Assembly (NCBI GenBank): GCA_010909165.1
Contig: MU008155.1
Location: 1,612,001-1,676,000 of the forward strand
Direction: 5' to 3'
DNA from: Anthoceros angustus
Taxonomy: Eukaryota > Plantae > Anthocerotophyta
DNA length: 64,000 bases
The notes under the pieces are model-generated. The model saw only the letters and a program-made list of their open reading frames with translations, did no database searches and was not told the origin of the DNA. The position numbers were made by a program, and so were the translations under genes. Positions 1-12,072 of the stretch are shown one piece after another (the first letter of the stretch is position 1; each line of letters begins with the position of its first letter).

Positions 1-3000
1 CCTGATAAGTCTCCTGAGAAACGTACGTTGGGCATCCACACCCATCAGACCCAGACAACTAGCCACACAACTGTGAAGCTCAATCTCAAGATCATTACCT
101 CGCTGGCTGGGCTTGGAACATGTTGGGTTACCTCCACAGGTTCAGGTTGAAAACCTCCTTCGACAGGGACAGCTGGATGAGTAGCACCTGCCCCAAACAG
201 TGGGGTGGATAAGAGACAACTTAAGAGACTATACTCGGGAATACCTCCAACAGGTTCACACTGACCAGAAAGTACCTTGTCCACAAGAAGATAACCTATC
301 TCGCAGGATTGCTAGGTCATGCACTGAATGCTCGTCAGATACAAATGACAGATACTTCAATGCTGTGTCGACTAGCCCCTGACTTGCTAGAAGCTCTGCA
401 TAAGTACCAAACAGCCTGGCCAATGCTGCACTGACCATTGACTGCCCCGTCGCTAGAAAGAGAACCACCGTCTTCTCCATCAGGTCCTGCACACTAAGAA
501 GTCTTAGGTGCCCATCCGAATCTCATGCATGCAGATACAAACAAAAGAGCAAATCGCAAAACGTGATGGGGATAACCTGCAGCCTGTCCACAAAGTTCTT
601 GCCTACACTGCTGACTTCAAGGTCGCGTGACCAGATTTCAACAGCCCTCTCAATGTTCCCAGCACAAATGTAGCAGAGAGTAGCAGCTTGAGTCTCATGG
701 GCGCCATCCAGCTTTCCAGCCAGCAGATCAGCCAGTTCTGTCCACTCGTCACTACGGGCATACTGCAAAAGCGCAGGAGTTTCGTGTAAGGGGAAATCAG
801 TACCTAGAATGTCAAATCCAGGCTACGCTTGTGAACACCTACAGGAACATTGCGACAGATGCATACCGTGCAGAGCAAAGCAAGTGTCTCCCTCCATGCC
901 TTTAAGGGTCTGCTTTCAACCAGCCCTTTCAGGTCGTTGTTAATTACTCCAGAAACAATCTACAATGAGCATAATTTGTCCCACCAGTTACCAATCCACC
1001 ACAGACTGTTCAAAAAGACATTATGACAGTCCACATACCTTCAGGTAGGGTCGGTGACTTTGTTTCACGTAATCATTTCGAGTTTTGTCCCACAGATCTC
1101 CACCTTTTACAAAAGCAAGAATAAGGGCATCTGCCATTTTGTTGGCTTTAAGGCAATGGTCCACAGCTTTTGGAAAATCGCCAACAACCAATGCCTTTTG
1201 GATAGCAGCTTCAAGCTCAGCATCGACTGCATCTCGTTCCTCTTCAGCTTCAGTGTGCTCCTCACCAGTGTGCTCAGAGACACTATCAAGGGACTCAACT
1301 CTGCTTGCATTCTCAGATAGAGTTCCCCTAGGAGTTTGAATGTTGTTAAAAAAGTCATCTGCGTCATCTAGTTGTGAACCTCCATTCAGACCAAGAGGCT
1401 GACCGGATGAAGCAGTTGGCAGTGTCTCCACCCTGTTCTCAGTAAACCCGTCATGAACATTCAAGTTCAAGTTCTGTGCAAACTCTTCACTGACCACATC
1501 TTCTGCGGCTCTTGAAGACTCTGTATTGTCACCATTTTCCTTCACTTCAAAATCAAGGTGAGACAGGAGCCTCTGCCTGGCATCCTCATCGAACATCACC
1601 TTCAGGAAGCTCCAAGTCTCCTTTTCCTCCTCAGACCTGAAGACTAGTGTAAAAAAAACATGAACCTTGCAGTACATAACTAGTCAGGCACAAGTGGTCA
1701 GGCACCTTACCCTGATGAGAGAGACTTGCTTTCACAAAAAGTGAACAGCGCTGACTTTTCTTTCAATGTAATTGCTGCTTCAAACTCAGTTGACCGTTTG
1801 ACAAGCCCTTCCTCGGTTATAACACTATGCAGACGAATCTGCACGACAAAGCAAATCATAATTTGAAGTTACACTGTTCATAAAACAGAGCAAATCCGGA
1901 AATGCCTCATACCTCATTGCTTTTTGCCATACCTCAGTGGTAGGGGGGGTCCCTTGTGGTACTTTCTTTGGCACAAAAGATACAAGCTTTCCACCAAAGC
2001 CAAAGCTGACACCTACAGGCCTCTTCAACCATTTAGGTGCTTTCTTCACAACTGCTCCAGCAACAGACGATGAAATCAGCACCTCTCAGACAAGAAACCT
2101 ATGCCAAGACGGCGTGCAAACACATGGAATCATTGAATGCTGGACAAAGCGCCAACCTGCAGGTGCAACACCAGCAAAACTACTTCCAAATTCACTAGCA
2201 GCTGATCGTGTCAAATTGCAGGCCTGGACTGGGAGCAGAACAAAGGGGCACAATATAAATCAATGTGAAGCTGGGAGAAGCTGAGTTCACACACATAGAC
2301 ACCTGACAAAGTCATTTTCACACCTCTATGTTCCAAATCGTGAGACTTCCATCGAACGAAGATGCTGATAAGACACCAGGTGTATGAGGCGACCAATGAA
2401 CATCAAACGTCCACTGAGGAGTGGAAGGCAGCTCGTGAAGAACCTGAATTTGACAGCATGAAATAACTCAGCCCCCTTAACTTGCATCAGGTCCAGATAA
2501 TCTGGTGTGGAAGAACTAAAAAAGCCAGGTCTGAGCATGCAGAAATGTAACAAACCTCTCCAGACTCTGTGTCCCAGCAGAAAGTTTTGTAATCTTTGGC
2601 AGAAGTTAACAGCAGAGAGCTGTCATGTGGGCACCAAGCCATGCTTAACACACCTGTACAATCAAGGGCCACTCCAATAATCAGATACTACACAGCAGAG
2701 ACAGAAGGATAGATAGTCCTTCTCGGGTAAACCAAATCATGAACTGAATACAAACAAGAAAACCTGCACTTGAATGCACCTTGAGAGTGGCCTACAATTT
2801 CCTTTGTGGGAGCAACATGGTTCCGAAGATCCCAAATCTGAAAGATGGCCAGCAAAGTCAGATGTGTGGCAGCCTGAAATCAATTCTTGAGAAGTTGGAG
2901 CTACAGACCATAAAGATAATACATTAATAGGATAACATCTACCTGCAAGGCAGGCGATGTGTCATCTGACGCCACTATAAGCTGGGTGTTAACTTCAGGA

Positions 3001-4366
3001 CTCCACTGAAGCAATGAAAACTTTTTGCGATTCCGATCAGCAAACCTGCATAAGATCAAAGTTATCAATGACTAGGCATTGGGAACACCATTACAAGGAT
3101 GCACTCGAACACAAAAAAGAAAACCCTACTTGATAACATGAGTTTGCTTCCTCAAGTCCCAGACAACTGCAAGGAACAGCCAACTCTTACTTAGATGTCC
3201 ATGGAGCTGTCACAACAGCATATTATGATAGGGGCTTGTCCACAAAAAGAGAACGTGATAACTTAAACACAAAAGACCTTCAGGTCTAGCTGCGGTGAGC
3301 GTGAAACATGACTTACACCTTGTGTGCCAAGCTAATTAGTTAGAGGTGTACCTACCGCATGAGCCATCACCACAAGTGTTTGCAATAATCACACGCACCC
3401 CCCGATTCCACGCCAGGTCGGATATCTCTCCAGTGTTACTCTGCAAAACAAGGCCACTGCTTCAGACCACGACCATGACCCCCATAGACAAGCTATAAAG
3501 GCTGGACTGGATTTGTCCAAATACCTCAAGAGCCGGAAAAATTTGAGGTGAGGCTGGATTCGTCAGGTCCCAGATGTAAAGATGCCCTTCATTTCCTCCT
3601 GAAGCAAGATCATGAGGCTCAATTGGACTGAACTCCAGACCACGCACCTGGTACATGATGAAAGAAACAAAATTGAGTTATCTCTACAACATGACTGATT
3701 CCTAACCTCGATAAACGGATAATGAAAGTGGAATGTGCACCTACAGCATTTTTATGCTTCAACTTCGTTTCGAACCGAGCTGAACTGGCCTTGGCGGTAT
3801 CCCCACTACAATTCAAGAACGAAGATACATGTGTAAAGTCTTCAAACACCAGACTACCTCTCGTACACGACCAGGGGGCGAAAGTATCCTAAACCCAGTA
3901 ACTTGACCTCTGGGATTTGCAGATGTACAGAGAGGGCAAACCATGATGGAGGAATTTCAACCAAAAGCGATCTACACAAACAGGTCCTTCATAACCACCA
4001 GATCAGCGCAAAAACGAACTCCAAGACCAGAACGGCAGACGTCTACCTGACTAGCGCAGCAGGATTGAACAGGTTGACAGTACCGTCGGTGAGGCCCCCG
4101 GCAATCACGCCGTAAGGATACTCCTCACTACCTGTTCCTACCGAGCTCCAAGAGAGACGATTAAATTTCTCGCTCGTGGTACAAGATCCCAGAACCGACA
4201 TATCCAGGCTCTCACTCTCAAAATCCAACTTCAAGATCTCCAGAGAGGAGGAGGAGTCAAAGGACTGATCAATCGCCCCGGCCATGGAGCCAGCTGCCAG
4301 GAACTGGCCCGATGGGGCAAAGGCCACGGTCGCCGAGGCAGATCTGGAAGAGGCCTTCAACGCCAT
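1..4366 (-). CDS. SEC31: Protein transport protein SEC31 (COPII outer coat), multi-exon, 3' end outside window
   Basis: First exon 4366-~4050 MALKASSRSASATVAFAPSGQFLAAGSMAGAIDQSFDSSSSLEILKLDF...FNRLSW matches the plant SEC31 WD40 N-terminus. Downstream exons include LEFSPIEPHDLASGGNEGHLYIWDL, GVLSMAWCPHDSSLLLTSAKD, APKWLKRPVGVSFGFGGKLVSF and WSFLKVMFDEDARQRLLSHL. GT-AG junctions are seen. Confidence 0.95.
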
Positions 4367-5536
4367 GGCTCCCCTGCTGCCTCAACCTAGCAGAATCTAA
4401 ATCCCCCGTCCCCCCCGAGGACCCAAGTTGCAGAAACCAAACCTTACTCAGCTCCCTAAAGCTGCTAAGACATTCTGTTCAACGTCCAGACAGCAACCAG
4501 CTCCAAAGTGGACGGCGTTCGCCTTCACGACTCCTCAAACTGTGAGCCTCACGCCCAGCCCAACCCCTGCTTTCTGCCCACCCTGCGTCCAGGCGTACCC
4601 CGGTCCTTGCCCCAACAGCATGATCCCCAGGTGCTGAGCTGCCACCGGATCTCAGCCAATTGAACAAACCCAATTACGGCAAGCACTTGGGAACCTGAAT
4701 CCCGGGTGGATGCTGATTGCCAGAGGTTAGGGTGCCTACCTATGTAGGCCCTCAGCTACACAAGGCAAGCTAGCGAAGGAGCGAGCGAGCGAGCAGCAAC
4801 AGCGGCAGGGCATGCCATCGCTCCTATGTGCTCTCTCCGGACGCGTGTGAATGGTGACCGGGAGCGACCGGTTAAGAGGCCATCGTGACCTGCCGTCCAA
4901 GGAATTGTCGGTGGTACCGTGGCTGCTCCTCACTTTTCGTTCGGTGTTGCCTTTCCAGGTAGTATTTACGCTCTTGTTCTACGGCACGTGAGTTACCTAC
5001 GTACTGTATATCTATCCCTTTCTACCTAGGTGATCAATAGGTAAATTGTCTGAACCTATGTATGTACATACCTATCACGCTTTTTAGTACATACTGTGGA
5101 TGTCCTGGGGTACTGGATGTAGATTCTGGACGAGGGTTACCGTGACCGCCTCACTTCCGTCCGTCGTCCCATCTCCCCGTCACCCCGTCGGCCCGTCGTC
5201 CCCTCGTCCCGTCAGCCCGCCGGCCCGTCGGCCCGTCGTGGGCGGTACCAGTACCGTTGCCGCTCAGTTTGAAAGCTGAGCTTTTCCCGTCTTCGCGGTT
5301 TTCCCCTGCGATTTCTGCCGCCTTCTTGCTGCCGCTTGTGGGGGAATGCATTGCCGTGACTGTCAGACTAGAGGAAGCGCCGGATGCTGTTGCTGCGCGG
5401 TGGTGCAGGACGCGGCGCTGCAGTTTCTGGAGCAAGAAATGCGTTTTTCCTGTCACAATCGCAGTTGCAGAGACATGTTGGCGGGGTTTGCAGTGGATGG
5501 GTGGGGTTTTGACACTGTTATGGAGGTCGGGGGCCC

Positions 5537-8500
5537 ATGAGGGAGGCCATGGAGCAGGCCTTGGCGGAGGCTCTCAAGGAGTCTCCGGACAGGCTCTTGG
5601 ATGTTGTAGAGCACAGGGCAGGTCGGAATTGCAAGGCAGCTTTGGGCAAGGTTTTGGCCAAGTGCAGCAGGAATGTAGCTGATGAACTCTGCGATGCCCT
5701 GCTTCGACGTGTTTCTGGTCTGCTGGAATGTTTTGAGGCTTCGTCGGAGGCCCCTGAGGAACGGGTTGGTACTCTTGCGGCCCTGCGAGGTTGTGCACTG
5801 GTAGTTCAGGCAGGAGTGTCTGCAACCAGCAAGGGATTTGAGACGGCTCTGCTCTATCCGACGGTCTTGCGGCTGCATGACAAGCTTGTGAAGCTGGAGG
5901 AGGATCCGGATTTGCAAGAAGTTATAGCAGGTGTCTGTGAGACGTGGTGGCGGAGTGATTTTGAGAACAAGGAGTGCCTGGTTGCCCAGTCTCTTCCATT
6001 TTTCGTGTCCAGGTCCTTGGAATCGCTGCGGAAAGTTGATGTCCGCCGAGTTTATGCGTTACGTGGCGCCCTCATCCTCTTTGATTTTGCGGATGAGAGT
6101 GTGGAGGACTTCAAGCACCTGCTCATTCGCTGCCTCCTGACACCAACGTATTTACGCTCACCTGAGGGCTGCCGGTTTATTTCTTGCCTGTTCGGATTGA
6201 ATGCTCAGTTTGTGAAGGAATTGGTGGCCCTGGTTCGGTCACAGATTCCGTTTAGCACCAAATCCAGCCTAGCGGCCTATGGGGACATCTTGTATCGTGC
6301 CTGGAAGGACTCCGAGCAGCCTTGTCTGCAGGAAATAGAAGAAAACTGCATTCAAGGGTTGATAGAGGGAGCCATCTATTCTTCGAACAAAAGTTTGGCC
6401 TCTTCTGTCCGCAGAGTGTTGGACGGATTTATATCACAGAAAGCTCAAGACGGAGTTGAAGGCATGCTTTTCCGAGTGAACGAGCCACTATTGTTTCGAT
6501 CCCTTCAGGTATTATGTTGAATTTGCGCCGGATGCTGCCGCCATCTAAGCCTTTTTCTGACGTACTTGTGGTTGGTCGCCTGAATTCTCTAAGCTAACAG
6601 TGACTGCTTCAGGTGGCCAACTCAGACGTTCGGCGTAACGCACTGCTGCTTCTCGTAGAGGTCTTTCCACTTCAGAATCCACAGGCGTCGAAGGAAGAGA
6701 AGGAAGCTTTACTGGAGAAACAAATCTCCTTGCTGGAGAAGCTATTGCTTGACCCCTGTCCGGATGTTCGTTGTCTTGCCGTCGAGGGAGTTTGCCGGAT
6801 CTTGCGGTTCTTTTGGGAGGTACTGCCCTCTGCAACAACGGTTAAGCTGCTTACTGCAGTTGTGGATGATATGTCTAATGACCAAACCAGTATGGCAGTA
6901 AGGCTAGCAGTTATTGCGGGCCTTACATACCTTTTGGAGAATCCTCAGAGCCACAGTCTTCTACAAGCTTTGCTCCCAAGAGTGGGGCCCCTGCTTAACG
7001 ACAGTGCGTTGAGTGTGAGGATTGCTGCTGCGGACTTGCTTCTGGCGATTAAGGGAATCCGTGCTTTGCACTTTTACAAGGTAAGCTTGCTCTTTCTTTT
7101 GTTTGACGGTACAGTAGATGATTTATGAGGTTTTCGCTCATGCGGGGTATCGTTGTTTGTTTCAGGTCGTGAAACTCGACTTCTTGCTTACTTGTCTTGC
7201 AACAGATAATTCTCTGGTGGGACGACGCTTAACCAGGCTTCTCATCCCTTCGTACCTTCCATCGAAGCTCTCTCCGGCTGAAGCCTGCAGGAGATGTATC
7301 ACTTTGATTAGACGTGCCCCTGAGGCTGGTGCTAATTTCTGCAAATGGGCTCTAGCGGAAGGTGTTTCAGTAGAACTCCTGCTGGAGCTTGTGAGGGCAC
7401 TGAGCAGCAATGATATTCACAAGGGCGCAGGAGAAGCAAGCGAAGGAATTGTTTCCTCTCTCCTCGAGATTTGCTGTGTCTTGGCTGCAGAGAAAGAGGG
7501 GCAAAGGACCTTGGCTGAGGTCATAGATGTGAATGTCCTAACGTCTTTACTGAACAGAGCGTGTACATCGCAGGAGAGATCCTCCGTTCTAAGAATCGCA
7601 TCTCTTCTGCCTCCTACAGAGGTCCCGAAGCTTGTTGCTCACTGTGGGAATCTAGTGCTTAGTTGCAGGGCAGGTGCTTCTCCAGCTGTGGTCCAGGAGA
7701 TGAAGGCAGTACATGCATTGATCCTTGCTTGGGGAGGATTCGATGATCTTTTGGAAGCTCTAATTAAGCTCTTCAGGCATGTTACAGATCTCATGCCACG
7801 GAACGATCACCGACTCCTGAAGGACAGCCAAGATGGAACTGGATCACATAAGGGGCGCAAACGAAGGAAATCAGCTTGGTTAAAGGCTATGGCCGTGAAC
7901 ACCACCTCTGAACAGGAAAATCAGAATCCAGCAGCAGGACGATTGGAGGAGTCTATGGAGGACTCCCTTGTAGCCGCAGCTGGGGCTGCTCGTCAGATTG
8001 AAAGTTTGCTTGCAGAGGATGGAACACGGGAAGCTCTGCTTTCATGTGATGCCCAGCCGGAACTTCTTCGCTGCTTGAGGGAAGTAGCTAGGTTTGTGGT
8101 CTCGAGGACTCATGAAGGTCCCCAAGTGCACGGTAGGATGCAGGCATTACCAGCTCTACTAGCATATTCAAAGCTGTCTATTCATCTAGCAGTCCAAGAC
8201 GATGGGGCAGCTGAATGTGAAGTACCAGGAAGTAAGACTCCCAAGACAGGAAAAAAAGTATGGAAGACCTCCAGCAAACAACCGCCCAGGGCACCTTCTC
8301 CTGTGAGTTCTTGTTACCAACAGTCGTGAATGATTGTCTGCCAATCAGTCGTGATTGATTGCACCTATCGAGAGCTTATCTGTTGCGTATGTTTGCAGAA
8401 GTCGGTCGATGCGTTGCTAGAAGAGCTAGTCGGGTGGTCAACCACTGTACATAAGGCCTCAATTCCAGAGGCATGCAAGCCAGGTCAAAGCTCCCCACCT

Positions 8501-9733
8501 CCTTTGCAACCTAAGGCAAAGTATGCACGCAAGAGCAGTCGTAAACATCGAACTAGAGAGCCTCTCCAACCTCTGCCAGGCAACAGTTCAGATTCGTAAC
8601 ACTTACCTGTCCGGCCTGCTGTCGCAAGCGTAATCTGACTTTAGTCTTTTTGTAACCAGGTGGTTTATCTTGTCTTAACAGGTGAAGAGATCCCTTTACG
8701 GACATTGACTGGAAGGGCTAGCGTACTGGCAACCACAATGCAGTCAATATCCGAGGTGCTAAGTCTGAGGCTGGTTACTTCGACGTCTGCGAAACTGACC
8801 TGTGCTTCTTTTGCCAAGAATGCCGTTATCTGGTCAAAAACTTGTATGGAGTTGTTTTGCAGCACCTCTGCGGCAGATGCATCCATTGCCACGGAGCAGA
8901 AAGATTTCCTGATGTATGCGAAGGTGAGTGCCACACATGCTGCTAAAATGGTTCACTTAAGTTTGAGACATTGCCCAGAGATCTGGGTTACCCTCTCGGG
9001 GCTTGCGCACAGCCTTCTAGACTTATTGGCAGCAAGTGACTCAATGCTTGGGAGATTATCGCCCTTTCCGGCGGCTCTGCGGCACTGGCTTCCTGATCTG
9101 GTCATTAGTGTGACAACCCTGCCTGATAATATGGTGTCAGCAGTTTCAGGACAGGAACAATTTGAGGCTTTTGCGTTTTATGATGACAAAAGAACTCTCA
9201 GGCCATGGGTGACCTACGCTGCGAAGTCAGCCTTTTCCCTCATGGATCCCTCGAAGGTTGTTTCTTTTGGTGTTGCAGCGGGTGACAAAGTAGACTTCAA
9301 CAACGAGGGGGATCGGCCCGAAGGAAGTGTAGACAAGTCTTGTGATATGGATGGGAACAGAGACACTTCGACCCCTAAGGTTAGTGGTGTGTTTGTGGAC
9401 ACCCTTGCGAAACTCGTGCGAAAGGGGAGCTGCACAGTTGCGCAGGAGTTCATCGGTATGTTAGTAGGATGTACATTATCATTGTACTCTAGCCAGGAAG
9501 ACTCCCTTGTGGTTGGTCTCCTGGATGTAATTTGTCATAGGCTCCTAGGCTGCAGGCCCCCTAACCAACGAGGGCTAGAGGTGACACTAAGTGAGACAAC
9601 ATTAGGGCAGTTAGAAGAATTGCAGGTGCAGGTCAATGTGGCTCGAACGTCCCAGGAGCCACAAGAACATTCGCAAACAGCGGACAAGCTGTTAAGACTA
9701 ATCCTGGCCTCTTACAAGGAGGGATTAGTGTAG
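5537..9733 (+). CDS. CAP-G2: Condensin II subunit CAP-G2 (NCAPG2/HEB1-like), about 5 exons
   Basis: Exons ~5537-6508, 6613-7080, 7166-8302, 8399-~8590 and ~8682-9733 (last junction unresolved). Motifs LVAQSLPFFVSRSL, VRRVYALRGALILFDFADESVEDFKHLLIRC, VANSDVRRNALLLLVEVFPL and LLDPCPDVRCLAVEGVCRIL match plant CAP-G2 HEAT repeats. Confidence 0.88.
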
Positions 9734-9915
9734 AAGGCATCATCCAGGTATATTAGTTCGCTTCAGAGGTGAAGCTTTGTTGCAGGACCAAGGCAGAGAA
9801 AGCTCTGCCTGTGCATGCCCAATTTCAGTCCGCTACGACACCCAGGTTGGTTGATAGCGTATTTGCTGCCTTGTTGAAGTTGGTTCACGGCTCAAAACAA
9901 CTGACTTCAGGGCAT

Positions 9916-10485
9916 CTACTCGAGGTTTGTGTGCCTTACACGCATGCTCTCAGGGGTTTGGCGGAGCGAGTCCCTCAACTGTAGCACGACGACTTCAAAC
10001 AGAAAGAAGAGGGCCCCTTCGTAGGCGCTCCCCATGGGCAGAACATTTCGGGGCTGCTCGGCAGAGTCGTCCGCCATGGTCTGTGCTGGAAGCACTGCCA
10101 GTGCATCCGCTGCCCGGGCCGCGCTCCCTTGCGGCTGGGCTGTGAGCAGAAGCACCCGCGCCCCGGCCGCCCGTGCCGTGGAGATCAAGGCATCCACAGT
10201 GGAGAAGCTTCCGGGGCCGGCGCTGGCCACCAGCAGGTCTCCGTGACCAATGGCCGGGGTGCTCATGTCTCCTGCGCAGTGCGCGCTTAGACCCAGGTGG
10301 TACAGCCTCATGGCGAAGGCCTTCATCATCAGGCCCTCCCGGCCCACCCCGCAGACAACAATGTGGCCCGACGAGGCCTGCAACACCTCCCGCACCACCA
10401 CCTTGGCAGGATCTCCCCACTGCGAATCCTTGAACACGGCCAAAACCTCCTCCATGGCCGCAGCCATCAGCGTGTATGTCCCCAT
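9916..10485 (-). CDS. SIS-domain 3-hexulose-6-phosphate isomerase (PHI/HxlB)-like protein, intronless
   Basis: Motifs GVGREGLMMKAFAMRLYHLG, GDMSTPAIGHGDLLVASAGPG, LPMGSAYE and C-terminal RHTNLE are typical of PHI. The start could be the ATG at 10485 or 10467. Confidence 0.85.
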   Translation of the reverse strand: MGTYTLMAAAMEEVLAVFKDSQWGDPAKVVVREVLQASSGHIVVCGVGREGLMMKAFAMRLYHLGLSAHCAGDMSTPAIGHGDLLVASAGPGSFSTVDALISTARAAGARVLLLTAQPQGSAARAADALAVLPAQTMADDSAEQPRNVLPMGSAYEGALFFLFEVVVLQLRDSLRQTPESMRVRHTNLE

Positions 10486-11239
10486 AACAGGCGAGCTCCA
10501 CCCCTCTTGCCACCTCGCCCAACAATATCCTCTCACAGTGCTTTAGGAGCTGCGGATAAGCCAGTCTGCCGAACTTTGGTATCTCCTACAGTAGGCTGTA
10601 GCGCTCGGGATACTCCTAGGACTGTATACAGGCTTTGATTTAAGTCTAAGCTGCTGCAGGCCATATATCTCTCATATCTAATATCTTTTCCCCTTGGCTA
10701 GCTAGTCCCCCTTGGCCTGGCCCCTCTAGTGGGTTGCTCCCAGTCTCTGCGTATTTGTAAAGTTTCTATGTTCCCTATCTATGACCCTATGTTCTTAAAT
10801 TATAAACTCTTAAGTCATTCAACCTCTAAAATCAAAAAAAGGGTATACCTATGTAGTAAGAGTAACGAGCACCATGCAAAAACTGAAGTTAGGGTTTCGT
10901 ATGGGGATGAAGCGCATTGCATAATCTCAGGGGCAGGGGTGCATTGCATTGCATATCCTGAGGCCTGGGGACAAGATTAAGGAGGCCTTTGAAATTTCTC
11001 CTTGGAGTTCTCTCACCTTGGCTTAAGGTCAAGATCATATAATGCAAGGTCTGGTCTTCTTCGGGTGCTCCGCCTCCTCTTCAGTAGAGAGTCACCCCAG
11101 TGACTTCAGGGCGGGTATGGGCGACATGTGGACACTTGGTTCTGCGTGAGCAGCAGCCTCGCAAGGAACCCAGCCCGTCAGGGACACAACCGCGAATATG
11201 TGCCGTTTGCTGAATGTGGAAACTTTTAACATGGAACAG

Positions 11240-11460
11240 TGGACAAGCACAAAGGCGTTGTCCTTGGTGCACATGCTGAGGAACTGGCTTTGGCATTTGG
11301 CCTTCTGAACGAACACCCGTGTCGGGACGAGTCTCATCGTGGACAAGAATTTGTAATCAATTTCACAGCGGCACTTAGATGAGTTCTAGGATGTAAGCTC
11401 GTGAGAGACGACCGGCGCGTGCATCACTTCACGGACGGCTCATGCGGTGATGGGCATTGC
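11240..11460 (+). pseudogene. Degenerate DYW deaminase domain of a PPR RNA-editing factor (DYW:KP-like)
   Basis: HAEELALAFGLLN at 11272, then frameshifted GTSLIVDKNL*, then VRDDRRVHHFTDGSCGDGH at 11401. The CxxC segment is missing and stops are present. Confidence 0.75.
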
Positions 11461-12072
11461 CCTTTGCACGGATTGAATGTTTGACAGCATACATATGCAG
11501 CACCGAGCGGCAGCAAATTGCACAACTGACAAGACAAGTCTTCCTACTTTACAGTTTACGCTAGGCCCGATGGTGAAGTACACGTAACCAGCTAGCTACT
11601 CACGCCGCAATGACTCGCCACCACAAGTCCTCCCTCAACAGTCTCTCTGACAGTACAGAAAAAAAGAATCTGCTCCGACGGGCAAACCACACAAGGTGTG
11701 TGTGTGCGTGCGTGGTGCTGGAAGTGTGCACAGTCCCATAGTCGAGCTGCTGCCAGTAATATGGTCGCTTGGCTTTGCACCGCTGGCGGACCACCAGTCA
11801 CCGACCTTGAAGCCATGCACTCTCACAAGACAGGTGGTTTACATTACATCTCCTTCCCTAACAGACTACCAACAGCACCAGGCAGGAGTCTTCCTTTGGG
11901 TTGGCTGGCTTGTCAAGGAAGGGAAGGAAAGGGTACCCTCTCCTCCCTGCCGTGTCCTGGCTCACGGGTGACAATTTAATCCTGACAAAGCAAAGCAAAA
12001 TCTGTACTACCAAGACTACACTACTGCAAGTGCAGGGTGACTTAGACCAACTAGTAGTTAGTTCTTGGATGG

